From Candidatus Gottesmanbacteria bacterium (GTDB taxonomy: Bacteria > Patescibacteriota > Microgenomatia > UBA10105 > UBA927), in the NCBI GenBank assembly GCA_016214885.1, contig JACRMP010000037.1:7675-71674 (forward strand): a DNA stretch of 64,000 nucleotides, read 5' to 3'. Each line of letters starts with the position of its first letter. The stretch's first letter is position 1. This document shows, piece after piece, positions 17,371-27,756 of this stretch. The notes below the pieces were generated by a model. It saw nothing but the letters and a program-made list of their open reading frames with translations. It made no database searches and was not told the origin of the DNA. The position numbers were made by a program, and so were the translations under genes.

Positions 17371-19628
17371 CAAAAACATCATTCCCCATTATCGGTATGC
17401 ATTGCGCCAGCTGCGCCCGGCTTATCGAACGCCAGCTCAAAAAAACACCAGGAGTGTCAGAGGCTGCAGTAAACTATGGTTCTGAACAGGCAAGCGTTGA
17501 ATTTGATGCCTCTGTGGCAACACCCAATGCTTTAGCAGGCGCCGTCGCAGCAGCAGGCTATAAAGCAATTATAGGGGACACACCCCAAAAAACTGCATCC
17601 GGTTCCGTTATGACACCCGACGACATTAAAGAAGAAGCCAAAAGCCGCGAACTTGCCGAGCTGAAAACAAAAGTCATCGTTTCGGGGATATTAAGCGCCT
17701 TCATTATGTTGGGGAGCTTTCCCGAGTGGTTTACCGGTATTTTTTCCGGTATCAGCTCCATCTATGCGTTTTTAGCGGCTCCCGCCACTCTACTCCTTCT
17801 CACCATTCCCGTGCAATTCTGGGCAGGTAAATCGTTTTATCAGGCAACATGGTCAGGACTCAAAAACAGAACGGCGAGTATGGATACCCTTATTGCGATA
17901 GGAACCACTGCGGCATTTGGCTATTCACTACTCACCACTCTATTTCCTGAGCCTCTGGAAGCGCTCGGTGTTCCCATGACCATGTACTATGACACCGCAG
18001 CCGTAATTATTACGCTTATTCTGCTCGGGCGCTACCTGGAAGCCAAGGCGAAAGCCCATACGTCTGATGCCATCAAAAAACTCCTTCATCTCCAGGCAAA
18101 AACAGCAAGAGTGGTTCGGGGCGGCAAAGAAATTGATATCCCCATAGATCAGGTAAAAAAGGGAGATAGTATCAGAGTGCGCCCGGGTGAAAAAATTCCG
18201 GTTGACGGCACCATTACCGAAGGATCAAGCTCCGTTGATGAATCTATGGTTACCGGCGAATCCATTCCGGTCGATAAAAAACAGGGAGATATTGTTATCG
18301 GAGCGACGATAAATCGAACTGGCACATTCCTCTTTACTGCAACCAAAGTCGGTAACGAAACCCTACTGTCTCAAATTGTCACGATGGTGTCGGAAGCCCA
18401 AAGTTCACGGGCCCCTATCCAACGGCTTGCTGACGTTGTTTCGGGTTATTTCGTTCCGGTGGTGCTCATGCTTTCCGTCGCTACTTTTGTTATCTGGTAC
18501 GACGTTGGCCTCCCCACCCAGGCATTTGTAAATCTTATTGCGGTGCTTATCATCGCCTGCCCGTGCGCCCTAGGGCTTGCCACACCAACTGCCATTATGG
18601 TCGGTACCGGCAGAGGCGCGGAGCGCGGAGTGCTTATTAAAGATGCTGAGGCGCTGGAAACTGCCCACAAAATCAGGGTTGCGGTCTTTGATAAAACAGG
18701 TACGCTTACCCGCGGTAAACCAACCGTCACCGATATTATTTCCGTCGCAAAAACAAGCGATGGTGAGGTGCTGTCACTTGCCGCTTCACTCGAAAAAGGC
18801 TCAGAGCACTCGTTGGCAGAGGCAATCGTAACAGCAGCCACGGAACAAAATCTGACGCTTACCAAACCTCACGCATTTCAGGCAATCGCCGGTCACGGCG
18901 TGACGGGAAGTGTTAACGGCAAATCACTCGCCCTGGGGAACCGACTACTCATGACACGCCAGTCAGTTATCTATAACACTCACGAAAAGAAAATTGCGGC
19001 GCTGGAAACACAGGGGAAAACCGTGATGCTTCTTGCATCAGAAAAACAGCTCCTCGGTCTTATTGCAGTTGCCGATACGCTGAAAAATGATGCTAAAGAC
19101 ATGGTTGTTGCTCTCAAAAAACTACATATAAGCGTCTGGATGATTACCGGAGATAACGAGCGGACTGCAAACGCTATAGCGAAACAAGCCGGCATCGATA
19201 ATGTACTCGCAGGCGTCCTCCCACAGGAAAAAGCACAAAAAATCAAAGAACTCAAAGCCAAAAATACATTTGTAGCTTTTGCCGGTGACGGTATTAATGA
19301 CGCGCCAGCTCTTGCAGGAGCAGACGTAGGGATAGCGATGGGAACAGGCACTGATGTCGCCATAGAATCTGCCGGCATTACGCTGCTTAATAAGGACTTA
19401 CGAAGCGTCGTTACTGCCATCAAACTCTCCAAAGCAACCCTTTCAATCATTAAACAGAATTTATTCTGGGCTTTTGCGTATAACGTAGTATTGATCCCTG
19501 TTGCCGCAGGAACTCTCTACCCTATCACCGGATGGCTTCTCAATCCTGCACTTGCCGCATTTGCCATGGCGGCCAGTAGCATTTCTGTTGTAGGAAACTC
19601 TTTGCGGCTCAAAAATGCGAAGATTTAA
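17367..19628 (+). CDS. copA: copper-translocating P1B-type ATPase
   Basis: N-terminal [11 protein letters not shown] ([12 protein letters not shown]), DKTGTLT phosphorylation site and [10 protein letters not shown] hinge. Confidence 0.9.
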   Translation: MTKTSFPIIGMHCASCARLIERQLKKTPGVSEAAVNYGSEQASVEFDASVATPNALAGAVAAAGYKAIIGDTPQKTASGSVMTPDDIKEEAKSRELAELKTKVIVSGILSAFIMLGSFPEWFTGIFSGISSIYAFLAAPATLLLLTIPVQFWAGKSFYQATWSGLKNRTASMDTLIAIGTTAAFGYSLLTTLFPEPLEALGVPMTMYYDTAAVIITLILLGRYLEAKAKAHTSDAIKKLLHLQAKTARVVRGGKEIDIPIDQVKKGDSIRVRPGEKIPVDGTITEGSSSVDESMVTGESIPVDKKQGDIVIGATINRTGTFLFTATKVGNETLLSQIVTMVSEAQSSRAPIQRLADVVSGYFVPVVLMLSVATFVIWYDVGLPTQAFVNLIAVLIIACPCALGLATPTAIMVGTGRGAERGVLIKDAEALETAHKIRVAVFDKTGTLTRGKPTVTDIISVAKTSDGEVLSLAASLEKGSEHSLAEAIVTAATEQNLTLTKPHAFQAIAGHGVTGSVNGKSLALGNRLLMTRQSVIYNTHEKKIAALETQGKTVMLLASEKQLLGLIAVADTLKNDAKDMVVALKKLHISVWMITGDNERTANAIAKQAGIDNVLAGVLPQEKAQKIKELKAKNTFVAFAGDGINDAPALAGADVGIAMGTGTDVAIESAGITLLNKDLRSVVTAIKLSKATLSIIKQNLFWAFAYNVVLIPVAAGTLYPITGWLLNPALAAFAMAASSISVVGNSLRLKNAKI

Positions 19629-20287
19629 CGGATTTCCGCTTTAAGTTTGTCGGGGTCTTTCACGATGAGCAGCCTTCCGCGGGTCGCAAGGAATCCTTTT
19701 TTCACCAGATTTTCTACCTGTAGACTCGCCGTCTCCCGGGTGGTGCCGATCCATGAGGCAATTTCCCGGTGGGTCAACGGGATGGAAAGTGCAATCCCTT
19801 TGGGGGTTACTTCCCCGAAATTTTCCGCATAATACAACAAGAGAAGAATTGTTTTAGTGTACGCGTCATCCAGCACCAGCTGCGCAACTCTACTTACAAA
19901 ACCGGAAAGCCCTAACGCCAACCGCTGGGTTGCATAAAAAAGCGCTTCGGGATGGTCTTTAAGAAATGTAAGAAATGCATCCTTCGGCGCACGCACTACA
20001 GAGACGGCAGTGATAGCTTCAAAATGATACACGTTCGGCGTGTCATTCAGTATCCAGGTTAACGGAAAAAATGATCCCGGCTTATAAATATGAACGATAA
20101 ACGTTTCCCCTGACGGCGAAAGCAGGTACTGCCGCACATATCCGGTTTTGAGGTAATACACGCCAAACGGCATATCCTCGGCGCGCAGAATAAACTCACC
20201 TTTTTTGTACGTCATGGACGAATAATGCGCGAAGAATCCGTCAATATTTTTGACTGCCTTAGGATCTGTGTTAGCCATATCTAACAA
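19625..20287 (-). CDS. Crp/Fnr-family transcriptional regulator
   Basis: cNMP-binding beta-roll plus a C-terminal HTH ([27 protein letters not shown]). Confidence 0.75.
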   Translation of the reverse strand: MLDMANTDPKAVKNIDGFFAHYSSMTYKKGEFILRAEDMPFGVYYLKTGYVRQYLLSPSGETFIVHIYKPGSFFPLTWILNDTPNVYHFEAITAVSVVRAPKDAFLTFLKDHPEALFYATQRLALGLSGFVSRVAQLVLDDAYTKTILLLLYYAENFGEVTPKGIALSIPLTHREIASWIGTTRETASLQVENLVKKGFLATRGRLLIVKDPDKLKAEIR

Positions 20288-20314
20288 CTAGTATACACCC
20301 ATACGTCACAATTT

Positions 20315-20809
20315 GTGTGTAAGGTGTCTAACATTTTTTCTCCACAAAATATGTATACTTATACTATGCCTAAATCATCTTCAGAAACACGCATTCTCAT
20401 GCTTAATAGAATTATATTTTTCCTTTCACTCATTGGTATTGTCATCGCCATTTACGTCACCCAGAGTTTTATCCGGAAAACCGGCATCGTTTGTGTCACC
20501 AGTGGTTGTGAATTAGTGCGGAAAAGTCCCGCGAGCTACTTATTCGGCACTATCCCCGTTCCCGCAGTTGGACTTGTCGGCTATGCCGCTCTGACAACAC
20601 TGGCATTTCTCCGGACAGCCAAACGCAAATCCTGGATGCTGAAAACCATGTTGGGTGTAGCCACATTTGGCGTCTTATTTGTTTCGTGGTTTACCTACGT
20701 GGAGCTTACGGTGATCAAAGGAGTATGTACCTGGTGTGCCATATCGGCAGTCAACATGGTTATCATCTTTCTCTTGCTCCTCAAAAGTCATACACTGGAA
20801 AAAAGCTAA
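20315..20809 (+). CDS. VKOR-family (vitamin K epoxide reductase-like) thiol-disulfide oxidoreductase membrane protein
   Basis: Four predicted TM helices, a loop Cys pair (CVTSGC) and a CTWC motif in the last helix. The true start may be the internal MPKSS (20366). Confidence 0.6.
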   Translation: MCKVSNIFSPQNMYTYTMPKSSSETRILMLNRIIFFLSLIGIVIAIYVTQSFIRKTGIVCVTSGCELVRKSPASYLFGTIPVPAVGLVGYAALTTLAFLRTAKRKSWMLKTMLGVATFGVLFVSWFTYVELTVIKGVCTWCAISAVNMVIIFLLLLKSHTLEKS

Positions 20810-20829
20810 TTTAAAAAGGAGGAACTTGT

Positions 20830-21585
20830 ATGTTTAACCTTACCGGAAAAGTTGCCATAGTCACCGGAGCATCTAGCGGCATTGGAAGAGCAACAGCAAT
20901 TGCCTTAGCCTCCCAGGGAGCCAAAGTGGTTGCCGCCGCCCGCCGCATGGATAAACTGGAAACCCTCGTCGAAGAAATAAAACACCAGGGATATGAAGCG
21001 CTGGCTGTCGGCATGGACGTCACGAAGCGTGCGGATGTGGATAGAATGGTAACTCTTGCGGCTACTTCATACGGCAAGCTCGATATTTTGGTCAATAACG
21101 CGGGATATCTTGACTACTCCCCTTTCCTGGATATGAAAGAGGAAGCGTGGGACAAGGTGATGGACACCAACCTCAAGGGGTATTTTTATGCAGCGCAGTC
21201 AGCCGCCCGTGAGATGGCCAAAACAAAATGGGGACGCATTATAAATATCGCTTCCATTGCCTCAGGAGGGGTAGGTGTAGGCTTTCCGCAGATATCACAC
21301 TATGTAGCCAGCAAAGGAGGCGTCATCGGACTTACAGAGGCACTGGCAGGCGAACTCGGCCCCATGGGAATAACCGTTAATGCCATAGGTCCCGGCGGCG
21401 TAACAACAGAGATGACCGGAAATATGACAGATGCACAACTTACCGGTTTAACTGCGCGCCTCCCCATCAAACGAATGGGAACAGCGGAAGAAATTGCCGC
21501 AGCGGTTGTCTATTTTGCATCAGAGGAAGCAGCCTACACCACCGGAGCCACTCTGTATGTCGATGGCGGCTGGCTTACGACCTAA
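20830..21585 (+). CDS. SDR-family short-chain dehydrogenase/reductase
   Basis: TGASSGIGRA cofactor motif, and a catalytic YxxxK (HYVASK). Confidence 0.85.
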   Translation: MFNLTGKVAIVTGASSGIGRATAIALASQGAKVVAAARRMDKLETLVEEIKHQGYEALAVGMDVTKRADVDRMVTLAATSYGKLDILVNNAGYLDYSPFLDMKEEAWDKVMDTNLKGYFYAAQSAAREMAKTKWGRIINIASIASGGVGVGFPQISHYVASKGGVIGLTEALAGELGPMGITVNAIGPGGVTTEMTGNMTDAQLTGLTARLPIKRMGTAEEIAAAVVYFASEEAAYTTGATLYVDGGWLTT

Positions 21586-22265
21586 AGATAGAGAGCTACC
21601 GTCATATTCCAAAAAACGTGGACAAGTATCGGGGCGATCAGAGAACCGGTGTTATATAAAAGGAGCGCGTTAGCAAACCCCAATACAAAGTCGGTCACAA
21701 AAAACATAAGGAGTACCACTCCCGTTAACTTCGACGAAAACGCAAGAATCGGCACATGCAGTACGACAAACATAAGCGTAGATATAGCCGCGGCATAAAT
21801 GAGGCTTTTTTTTCCCTCAATGAGACGCGTGAATACAAATCCACGGCTTAATAATTCCTCGGAGAATGCAGTCGCGGCAGACAGCAGAAGCAGCATTCCC
21901 AATCCATACTCCTGGAATGCGGCAATGGGCATAATCTCGATTTTCCCGTACTTAATGGCGTTGGCAAACAATCCCTCTATCGCAAACACAAATCCAAAAC
22001 CTAAACCGATATATATGCTCGTAAACAAATTCTTCCCGGTTAATCCCACCGACGACAGTCCCCGCTTCTCACGGGTACGCACATACCAAATAACCGGAAG
22101 TGCAAATACCATGGGTTTAAATATGAACTCGTCCGCCCACTCCGGAAGCTTAAAAAAATACCGGTAAAGTGCCCATACCAAAACAATCCATCCCCACACC
22201 CGGTACATTTTTTCCGTGACACTAACGGTTTCCTGGCTGCCTTGGGCAGATATACTATTTTTCAT
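21582..22265 (-). CDS. CPBP-family intramembrane metalloprotease (CAAX protease/Abi)
   Basis: SEELLSRGF (EExxxR motif) and a downstream HVFWN His motif. Polytopic. Confidence 0.65.
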   Translation of the reverse strand: MKNSISAQGSQETVSVTEKMYRVWGWIVLVWALYRYFFKLPEWADEFIFKPMVFALPVIWYVRTREKRGLSSVGLTGKNLFTSIYIGLGFGFVFAIEGLFANAIKYGKIEIMPIAAFQEYGLGMLLLLSAATAFSEELLSRGFVFTRLIEGKKSLIYAAAISTLMFVVLHVPILAFSSKLTGVVLLMFFVTDFVLGFANALLLYNTGSLIAPILVHVFWNMTVALYL

Positions 22266-22297
22266 GTCTATAATTACGATACCCCGCCGACTAACCC

Positions 22298-22801
22298 CTA
22301 TGCAAGCGGCGCTTTATTATTTTTCCTCGGGCGGGTCAAATCAACGGCGTCCGTCATCGTTATGATGATCATATCAATAAGGTCTTTAGCCTCACTATGA
22401 CTTAACCGGCTCACATTATGGGGGAAATAATGGAACACAAGATTTCTTCCCGATTTCCATGTATTCCACAACGTATCAGCGAGAATTTTACCGTACCGCT
22501 TTGAGATGTGCCCGTATGCACTCTTCTCCCCCAGCCTCCGTACAAGATTCGGACTCAACACTTTCCCTACACGAAAGTGCTTACTCTGATACTCACGTTC
22601 AGTGATAACCGATAAATCGAGAAATAATTGCTTCAGAAAGCCCTCATACAACTTGGCAAAGGGAAACACGAGGTAGGAGTAGTCGCTGAGGTACTCATTG
22701 GGATGCCGCTCCCTATCTTCCAAAAGCAATTGCCCATCGGTTGCCAGCTGCTTTTGGGTAACACTCAGATACTGCCACAACAATGAGCCCTCGGGAATCA
22801 T
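22298..22801 (-). CDS. hypothetical protein
   Basis: 167-aa ORF with no recognisable motifs. Confidence 0.45.
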   Translation of the reverse strand: MIPEGSLLWQYLSVTQKQLATDGQLLLEDRERHPNEYLSDYSYLVFPFAKLYEGFLKQLFLDLSVITEREYQSKHFRVGKVLSPNLVRRLGEKSAYGHISKRYGKILADTLWNTWKSGRNLVFHYFPHNVSRLSHSEAKDLIDMIIITMTDAVDLTRPRKNNKAPLA

Positions 22802-22803
22802 AG

Positions 22804-23265
22804 TTAACGGATAAATATAAATGTTTCCACAAAAAACAAAACGGCAGAAATAATAATAATAGACCGTTGCGTTGCTACGGGCACAACGCCTGCTACCATA
22901 CGGTACCAGCTATCGGTATTTCCTTTCATGCGCCACTCACCCACCTGCCAAAGCAACATCTGCAGAAAAATAGATAACACAAGTCCGCTTCCTATTGTTC
23001 CGGTTGAACTGGTCACCACAAAAAAAGCAACTATAGCAAAGAGCGCTCCAAACACAACGGATCGGAACGGTGAAGGTTGAAGTGCAAAAAACACTTCAGC
23101 GGCATCCAGGAAAAAAAGCCCTATGGCTCCGCCCAAAAAGAACCATATCGCTTCAACAGATGGCTGGGTGAACCATTTAACAATACCGACGCTTAACAAG
23201 TAAACGAGGGTGATATGTATAAAAATCCTCGGTTTTTGCCGGATGATAGCCTTAATGCTCTCCAT
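22804..23265 (-). CDS. hypothetical membrane protein
   Basis: 153 aa with 4 predicted TM helices. Confidence 0.45.
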   Translation of the reverse strand: MESIKAIIRQKPRIFIHITLVYLLSVGIVKWFTQPSVEAIWFFLGGAIGLFFLDAAEVFFALQPSPFRSVVFGALFAIVAFFVVTSSTGTIGSGLVLSIFLQMLLWQVGEWRMKGNTDSWYRMVAGVVPVATQRSIIIISAVLFFVETFIFIR

Positions 23266-23277
23266 ATAATCATTGTA

Positions 23278-23535
23278 CTATTCGCTTTTTCTCAGCTCTT
23301 TCATTTTCCACATAAATAATTTTGCTTTGCTTGTGGCTCTGGCGTCTTTCACAAACGACAGTGCTTTTTCCAATATCGCCCTTGGCACGGTTTTTGCCAG
23401 ACGGATATAAAGTGATTTATGCTTATAGTCCCCTAGTGTTTCGGCAAGATATATCCCATACGCCTGAAACTCACGGGATATATATTTATCCTCAATAGGA
23501 TTAAATAAGGAGAGGATGGTGCTCACTTTTTGCAT
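23278..23535 (-). CDS. hypothetical small protein
   Basis: 85 aa, upstream of pth. Confidence 0.4.
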   Translation of the reverse strand: MQKVSTILSLFNPIEDKYISREFQAYGIYLAETLGDYKHKSLYIRLAKTVPRAILEKALSFVKDARATSKAKLFMWKMKELRKSE

Positions 23536-23537
23536 GG

Positions 23538-24128
23538 TTAGTTAAACCTATTCATTGCGCGGTCGATTCCCTTAAATAACCCCACCCGCACCGCCTCTAC
23601 CCCATGGGCAACCAAATGCTTAAATTCCCCCGCTTCACTTCTGCCAAACTTGGACAAGACAAACCGGATAACCGAAGACTGATGCAACTGCCGGTCAGCT
23701 GCCACCGTACCACCGCTTTTTACTTTTCCGATTCCTAATCTTACCCGCACGAACTTGTCACTCCCCAACTCTTTAATAATTGAGTCTATACCATGGTGAC
23801 CAGCCGAGGCGCCCCCCACTCGGATGCGGATTTTCCCCAGTGGAAGATCGAGGTCGTCATGGATGACCCAAACATCCTCAGGTTTCATTTTATAAAAATC
23901 AATGATTTTTCTCACCGCTACCCCACTTGCGTTCATAAATGTTGTCGGCTTAGCGAGCACTACTTCCCCTGTTTTAGCCATCTCTGCCACAAGCTTTTGC
24001 GATGTTTCCCACACCACATCGGCGCCCCCTAATTCATGGGCAAGCTTATCGACCACCATAAACCCCACATTATGACGGGTATCTTTATACTTGTCTCCCG
24101 GGTTTCCTAATCCGACAATAAGTTTCAT
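23538..24128 (-). CDS. pth: peptidyl-tRNA hydrolase
   Basis: MKLIVGLGNPG...TRHNVGF N-terminal signature. Confidence 0.9.
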   Translation of the reverse strand: MKLIVGLGNPGDKYKDTRHNVGFMVVDKLAHELGGADVVWETSQKLVAEMAKTGEVVLAKPTTFMNASGVAVRKIIDFYKMKPEDVWVIHDDLDLPLGKIRIRVGGASAGHHGIDSIIKELGSDKFVRVRLGIGKVKSGGTVAADRQLHQSSVIRFVLSKFGRSEAGEFKHLVAHGVEAVRVGLFKGIDRAMNRFN

Positions 24129-24760
24129 ACAGTATCCCCCTCTAATAATTGTACCACCTCACCGTCGGTGACCTGACCAAATTCTTCGTAGCAGCTCCCT
24201 ACGGACGAAAATTCTTTCATTTCATGCAAAATAATAAGTTCATCCACCTCCGGACGGAGTTTTGTCGCCACACTATGCGGTGCTACGGGAAGTGCCGCGA
24301 TAATTTTCTTCGCCCGCTTTTTCCTTGCCCAAAGTATTGCGGCCTCCATCGTTGCTCCTGTCGCGGCACCATCATCCACAATGATGATGGTTTTATCGGC
24401 AACTGCTAATGGTTTTTTATCCCTGCGATAAGCAGCCATCAGTCGCTTTACGTCCGCTGAAAGGTCATTAACCGCCTTCTTCATATATTCTTCATCTGCC
24501 CCCATCCTATGAGCGTCCTTCCAGTGGATTAGGCTTACATGATCGGGTGCCACTGCCCCAAGCGCGAATTCAGGATCCAATTTGCTTGATAATTTCTTAA
24601 CGACGAGGACATCGAACGCTACCCCCAGGACCCCTGATATACCCTTGGCAGTCACAAGACCCCCCTTGGCTAATCCCAAAATAAGAACAGGTGGCGTCCG
24701 ATACGCCAGTAGTTTATCGGCAAGAAGAATACCCGCATCCAGTCTGTTTTTGAGTAACAC
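24125..24760 (-). CDS. phosphoribosyltransferase-family protein
   Basis: PRPP-binding motif IIIVDDGAATGATM. 211 aa. Confidence 0.6.
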   Translation of the reverse strand: MLLKNRLDAGILLADKLLAYRTPPVLILGLAKGGLVTAKGISGVLGVAFDVLVVKKLSSKLDPEFALGAVAPDHVSLIHWKDAHRMGADEEYMKKAVNDLSADVKRLMAAYRRDKKPLAVADKTIIIVDDGAATGATMEAAILWARKKRAKKIIAALPVAPHSVATKLRPEVDELIILHEMKEFSSVGSCYEEFGQVTDGEVVQLLEGDTV

Positions 24761-24830
24761 GTGATTAGCACCCGTATCGAGTCACCTTGCTTTTTACCTG
24801 GTGCCAATCATGTGTTGATCAACACACAAC

Positions 24831-25160
24831 TTATTTTCCCATTTTGGAAAGCTGCTTTTCAGCAAGATCTCCAACATAAGGAACCTTGTACATTTCTCCC
24901 TGGAATGCTTTCCACATACACACGATCCACAGGATAAATGACGTAAAGCTCAACAATAACCCAAGGAGCCATCCGATTATCGGAAGAAATCCGAGCGCGA
25001 TATTTGCAACAAACACTCCACCGAACAACACGGTAGACTGCATTGCATGAAAGCGAACGAATTTACTCTGCTTTTCCAAAAGCAGCATGATAATACCGGT
25101 AACAAACCCCAAAAGGTAGCTAACTGCTGCCATCATGTTTTCATTTCCTTTATCTGCCAT
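24831..25160 (-). CDS. small membrane protein, DUF4870-like
   Basis: AAVSYLLGFVTGIIMLL...HAMQS pattern typical of this family. Confidence 0.5.
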   Translation of the reverse strand: MADKGNENMMAAVSYLLGFVTGIIMLLLEKQSKFVRFHAMQSTVLFGGVFVANIALGFLPIIGWLLGLLLSFTSFILWIVCMWKAFQGEMYKVPYVGDLAEKQLSKMGK

Positions 25161-25231
25161 CTAATATCACCTCCAATTCTTAACTCCACCATACCATGTT
25201 TTTTTTCGATGCGTCAATCACGCTGATATAT

Positions 25232-26569
25232 TTACACCGGTAACGCCAACTGCTCCTTGTCACCACTCACTATCTTCGACCCGTCAGAACCCCAAATTTT
25301 AACCACACCAAAAACCCCATCGTACCCCGGATCTATGACGAGCTTACCCTGCCGCACAAGATGTATCCCCTCGGCAACCCGCTCCCCTGCTATTTTTGCT
25401 ATATCGGGAAGGGAAGCCCGGAGCAAGACAAAAAACTCATTACCCACTTCACTCGTAAGGCGCTTGTACGGTAAATCCACTTTGGGGCTCGTTGCCGGTG
25501 ATCCCAGGGCTTCGGCTATTATCTCCACCAAAGGCACCAGCATCACAAACGGCGGCCGGCGGGGAAAGACCGTGCTTCCGTACATTACCGTATCAGTACC
25601 AAAGGGTGTGCGTGCAATAACCGAGAGTCCCACCTCAGCGTCGGTCCGCGCCGCTAAATCATCTACCCGGTGCATAACACCTACGGTAAGTGGCTTCCCA
25701 CATACGGGACAGGTAGCACCTTTTTGCCGGGTTTCATCAGGTGTTTGTCGCACTCCGCATGACCGGTGCCCCGTATAGTGATACTTCCCCTCCTCGGGAT
25801 AAAATTCGATGGTATAAGCAATTGATGAAGCGCCAAGCCCTCTGATAGCTTCGTAAACCGCTCGGTAAGAAAGATTCCCTACTATGGTAAAAACGGTCGC
25901 TTCCCGCCCCAACTTTGGGCCGCTGTGTGCATCGGAGAACGACACGATAGCCCGGTTGTCTAGCTCCTTAATTCGCCAGTTCATCGCCGGATTGCTCGAC
26001 AACCCCGTTTCGACAGCGTATATATTTTTAGCAAACGAACCGAATGCTTCATCTATGCTATTAAATCCACCCAAACTTCCATAGACGCTAAACCACGGCG
26101 TCCAGGCATGGGCAGGGATAATAAGCGCTTCCGGCTCTATCGCAAAAACCAAATCGGCAATCTGTATGCTCGTTAGGCCAACAATCGGCCTGCCGTCGCT
26201 TAATAAATTGCAGCCTCTTTTTGTCATCTCCTGGCCTATTTTTCTTGCCGAAGCAATACTTGGCACCCAAATTAGGGTGTGTACGCGGCGCACTTTCCCT
26301 CCCTGTGAATAAATGCAGGATACTTCAGTAGCCAACAAAAATAACGGATCCCCTTCTGTGTTATTTTTCAACGCAAGAAGCCCGTTACCAGCCTCCACGA
26401 GATCCCGTTCAATTTCCCTAAACCACATCGGGTGCGTCCAGTCACCGGTAGCGACCAACCCTATCCCTTTCCGGCGTGCCCACTGGGCAATAGTAGACAG
26501 AGTCATTGCCGGAGAAACTGCCCGGGAAAATCTGGAGTGCAACTGAAGATCAGCGATAACCTCCGGCAT
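25232..26569 (-). CDS. PHP-domain protein with zinc ribbon, EndoQ-like
   Basis: N-terminal DLQLHSRFS (PHP His motif), an internal C..C...CPVC zinc ribbon, and a length of 445 aa. The family assignment is tentative. Confidence 0.45.
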   Translation of the reverse strand: MPEVIADLQLHSRFSRAVSPAMTLSTIAQWARRKGIGLVATGDWTHPMWFREIERDLVEAGNGLLALKNNTEGDPLFLLATEVSCIYSQGGKVRRVHTLIWVPSIASARKIGQEMTKRGCNLLSDGRPIVGLTSIQIADLVFAIEPEALIIPAHAWTPWFSVYGSLGGFNSIDEAFGSFAKNIYAVETGLSSNPAMNWRIKELDNRAIVSFSDAHSGPKLGREATVFTIVGNLSYRAVYEAIRGLGASSIAYTIEFYPEEGKYHYTGHRSCGVRQTPDETRQKGATCPVCGKPLTVGVMHRVDDLAARTDAEVGLSVIARTPFGTDTVMYGSTVFPRRPPFVMLVPLVEIIAEALGSPATSPKVDLPYKRLTSEVGNEFFVLLRASLPDIAKIAGERVAEGIHLVRQGKLVIDPGYDGVFGVVKIWGSDGSKIVSGDKEQLALPV

Positions 26570-26578
26570 ACGTACCCG

Positions 26579-27730
26579 TTAGATAAGCTTTTTATAAAGG
26601 GTTTCCAATAACGTTAAGACCACCGGCTTATGATGGGCAAGACTTGCCGTACGGCTTTCCATCCCCATGTTTATCAGCTCTTTAGGATGTGCCGCAAAGT
26701 ATTCAAACGTATGTATGAGCCCGGTCACATCATATGTATCAATGAGCCGTCCGTTTTTACCGTTCACTAACTCCGGAAGCGCCCCTGAATTAGCGGCAAT
26801 AAGCGGCAACCCGCACGATATTGCCTGAAGCGCTACGATACTTTGCGTTTCCACGGGCGACATGATCACGAACGCATCTGCAAGCTGGTATAAATTAATA
26901 ATTTCTTTCTTATGGACTTCCCCTATCCAAGTAATATTTTTCATTCCGAGCGAGCGAGAGAGTCCCATAAGCTCTTCCCGCTGCTTCCCTACCCCCGCAA
27001 TAATAAGATGTATGGGAATTTTTACTCCCTTAGCAGCCCGGATAATTGTTTCTATATTTTTATCCCGGTCAAGTCGTCCGATATACAGGAATATCACCCT
27101 GTCGACGGGTAGCTTATACTTTCGTCGAAGAGCGGTGTATGAACCTTTTCTTGGAGCATACTCCGTTGTATCCACCCCGTTAGAAATCGGGTAAATGTTG
27201 TGGGATCTTCCCATAATTAAACCGAGCTCACTAGCCGCAGTTTTCGTAGGTACCATGATCGCATCATAAAATGCATAAAGAACACGGACATACAGCTTCA
27301 TGAACGGCACGCTAATCCAGCGGATAGCGGGAGGCGCCAGCTTTTCTATCTGCGACCAGGAAAAGTGCTCAGCTCCTACGGTGGGCTTACGGAACAGTTT
27401 TGCCAAAAACAGTGCGGTCACCCCAAGTGAACCCGGCTCCTGTATATGGACAATATCGATGCGTTTATGACGGAATGCCCGCCACAACACGCCAAAACCT
27501 AGAGGAAAAACGGTCATGGATTTATTCACGACAAGTGAATCGGTAACTCCCGGGGTAAAAAGTAGCTCCATACCCGGGACAAGACGTGGCGTATATGGGA
27601 TAAGGGGCTTTGGACAAACTACCGTCACGTGATGCCCTTTACCGGCCATATACCGGGCAATTGAGTCGGTTGAGGTGGCAACCCCGCTTACCGTCGGCAA
27701 ATACACATCAGAAACCAAAAGAATATGCAT
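26579..27730 (-). CDS. glycosyltransferase family 4
   Basis: GT-B fold and an N-terminal MHILLVSDVYLPTVSGVA. 383 aa. Confidence 0.75.
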   Translation of the reverse strand: MHILLVSDVYLPTVSGVATSTDSIARYMAGKGHHVTVVCPKPLIPYTPRLVPGMELLFTPGVTDSLVVNKSMTVFPLGFGVLWRAFRHKRIDIVHIQEPGSLGVTALFLAKLFRKPTVGAEHFSWSQIEKLAPPAIRWISVPFMKLYVRVLYAFYDAIMVPTKTAASELGLIMGRSHNIYPISNGVDTTEYAPRKGSYTALRRKYKLPVDRVIFLYIGRLDRDKNIETIIRAAKGVKIPIHLIIAGVGKQREELMGLSRSLGMKNITWIGEVHKKEIINLYQLADAFVIMSPVETQSIVALQAISCGLPLIAANSGALPELVNGKNGRLIDTYDVTGLIHTFEYFAAHPKELINMGMESRTASLAHHKPVVLTLLETLYKKLI

Positions 27731-27756
27731 GATGTGCAGTTAGTATATCACGGGGT

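Noticed and set aside
17558-19450. Multiple antisense ORFs inside copA (e.g. 18446..18865, 18980..19450)
   Set aside because: They are embedded in a confidently identified P-type ATPase gene on the opposite strand.
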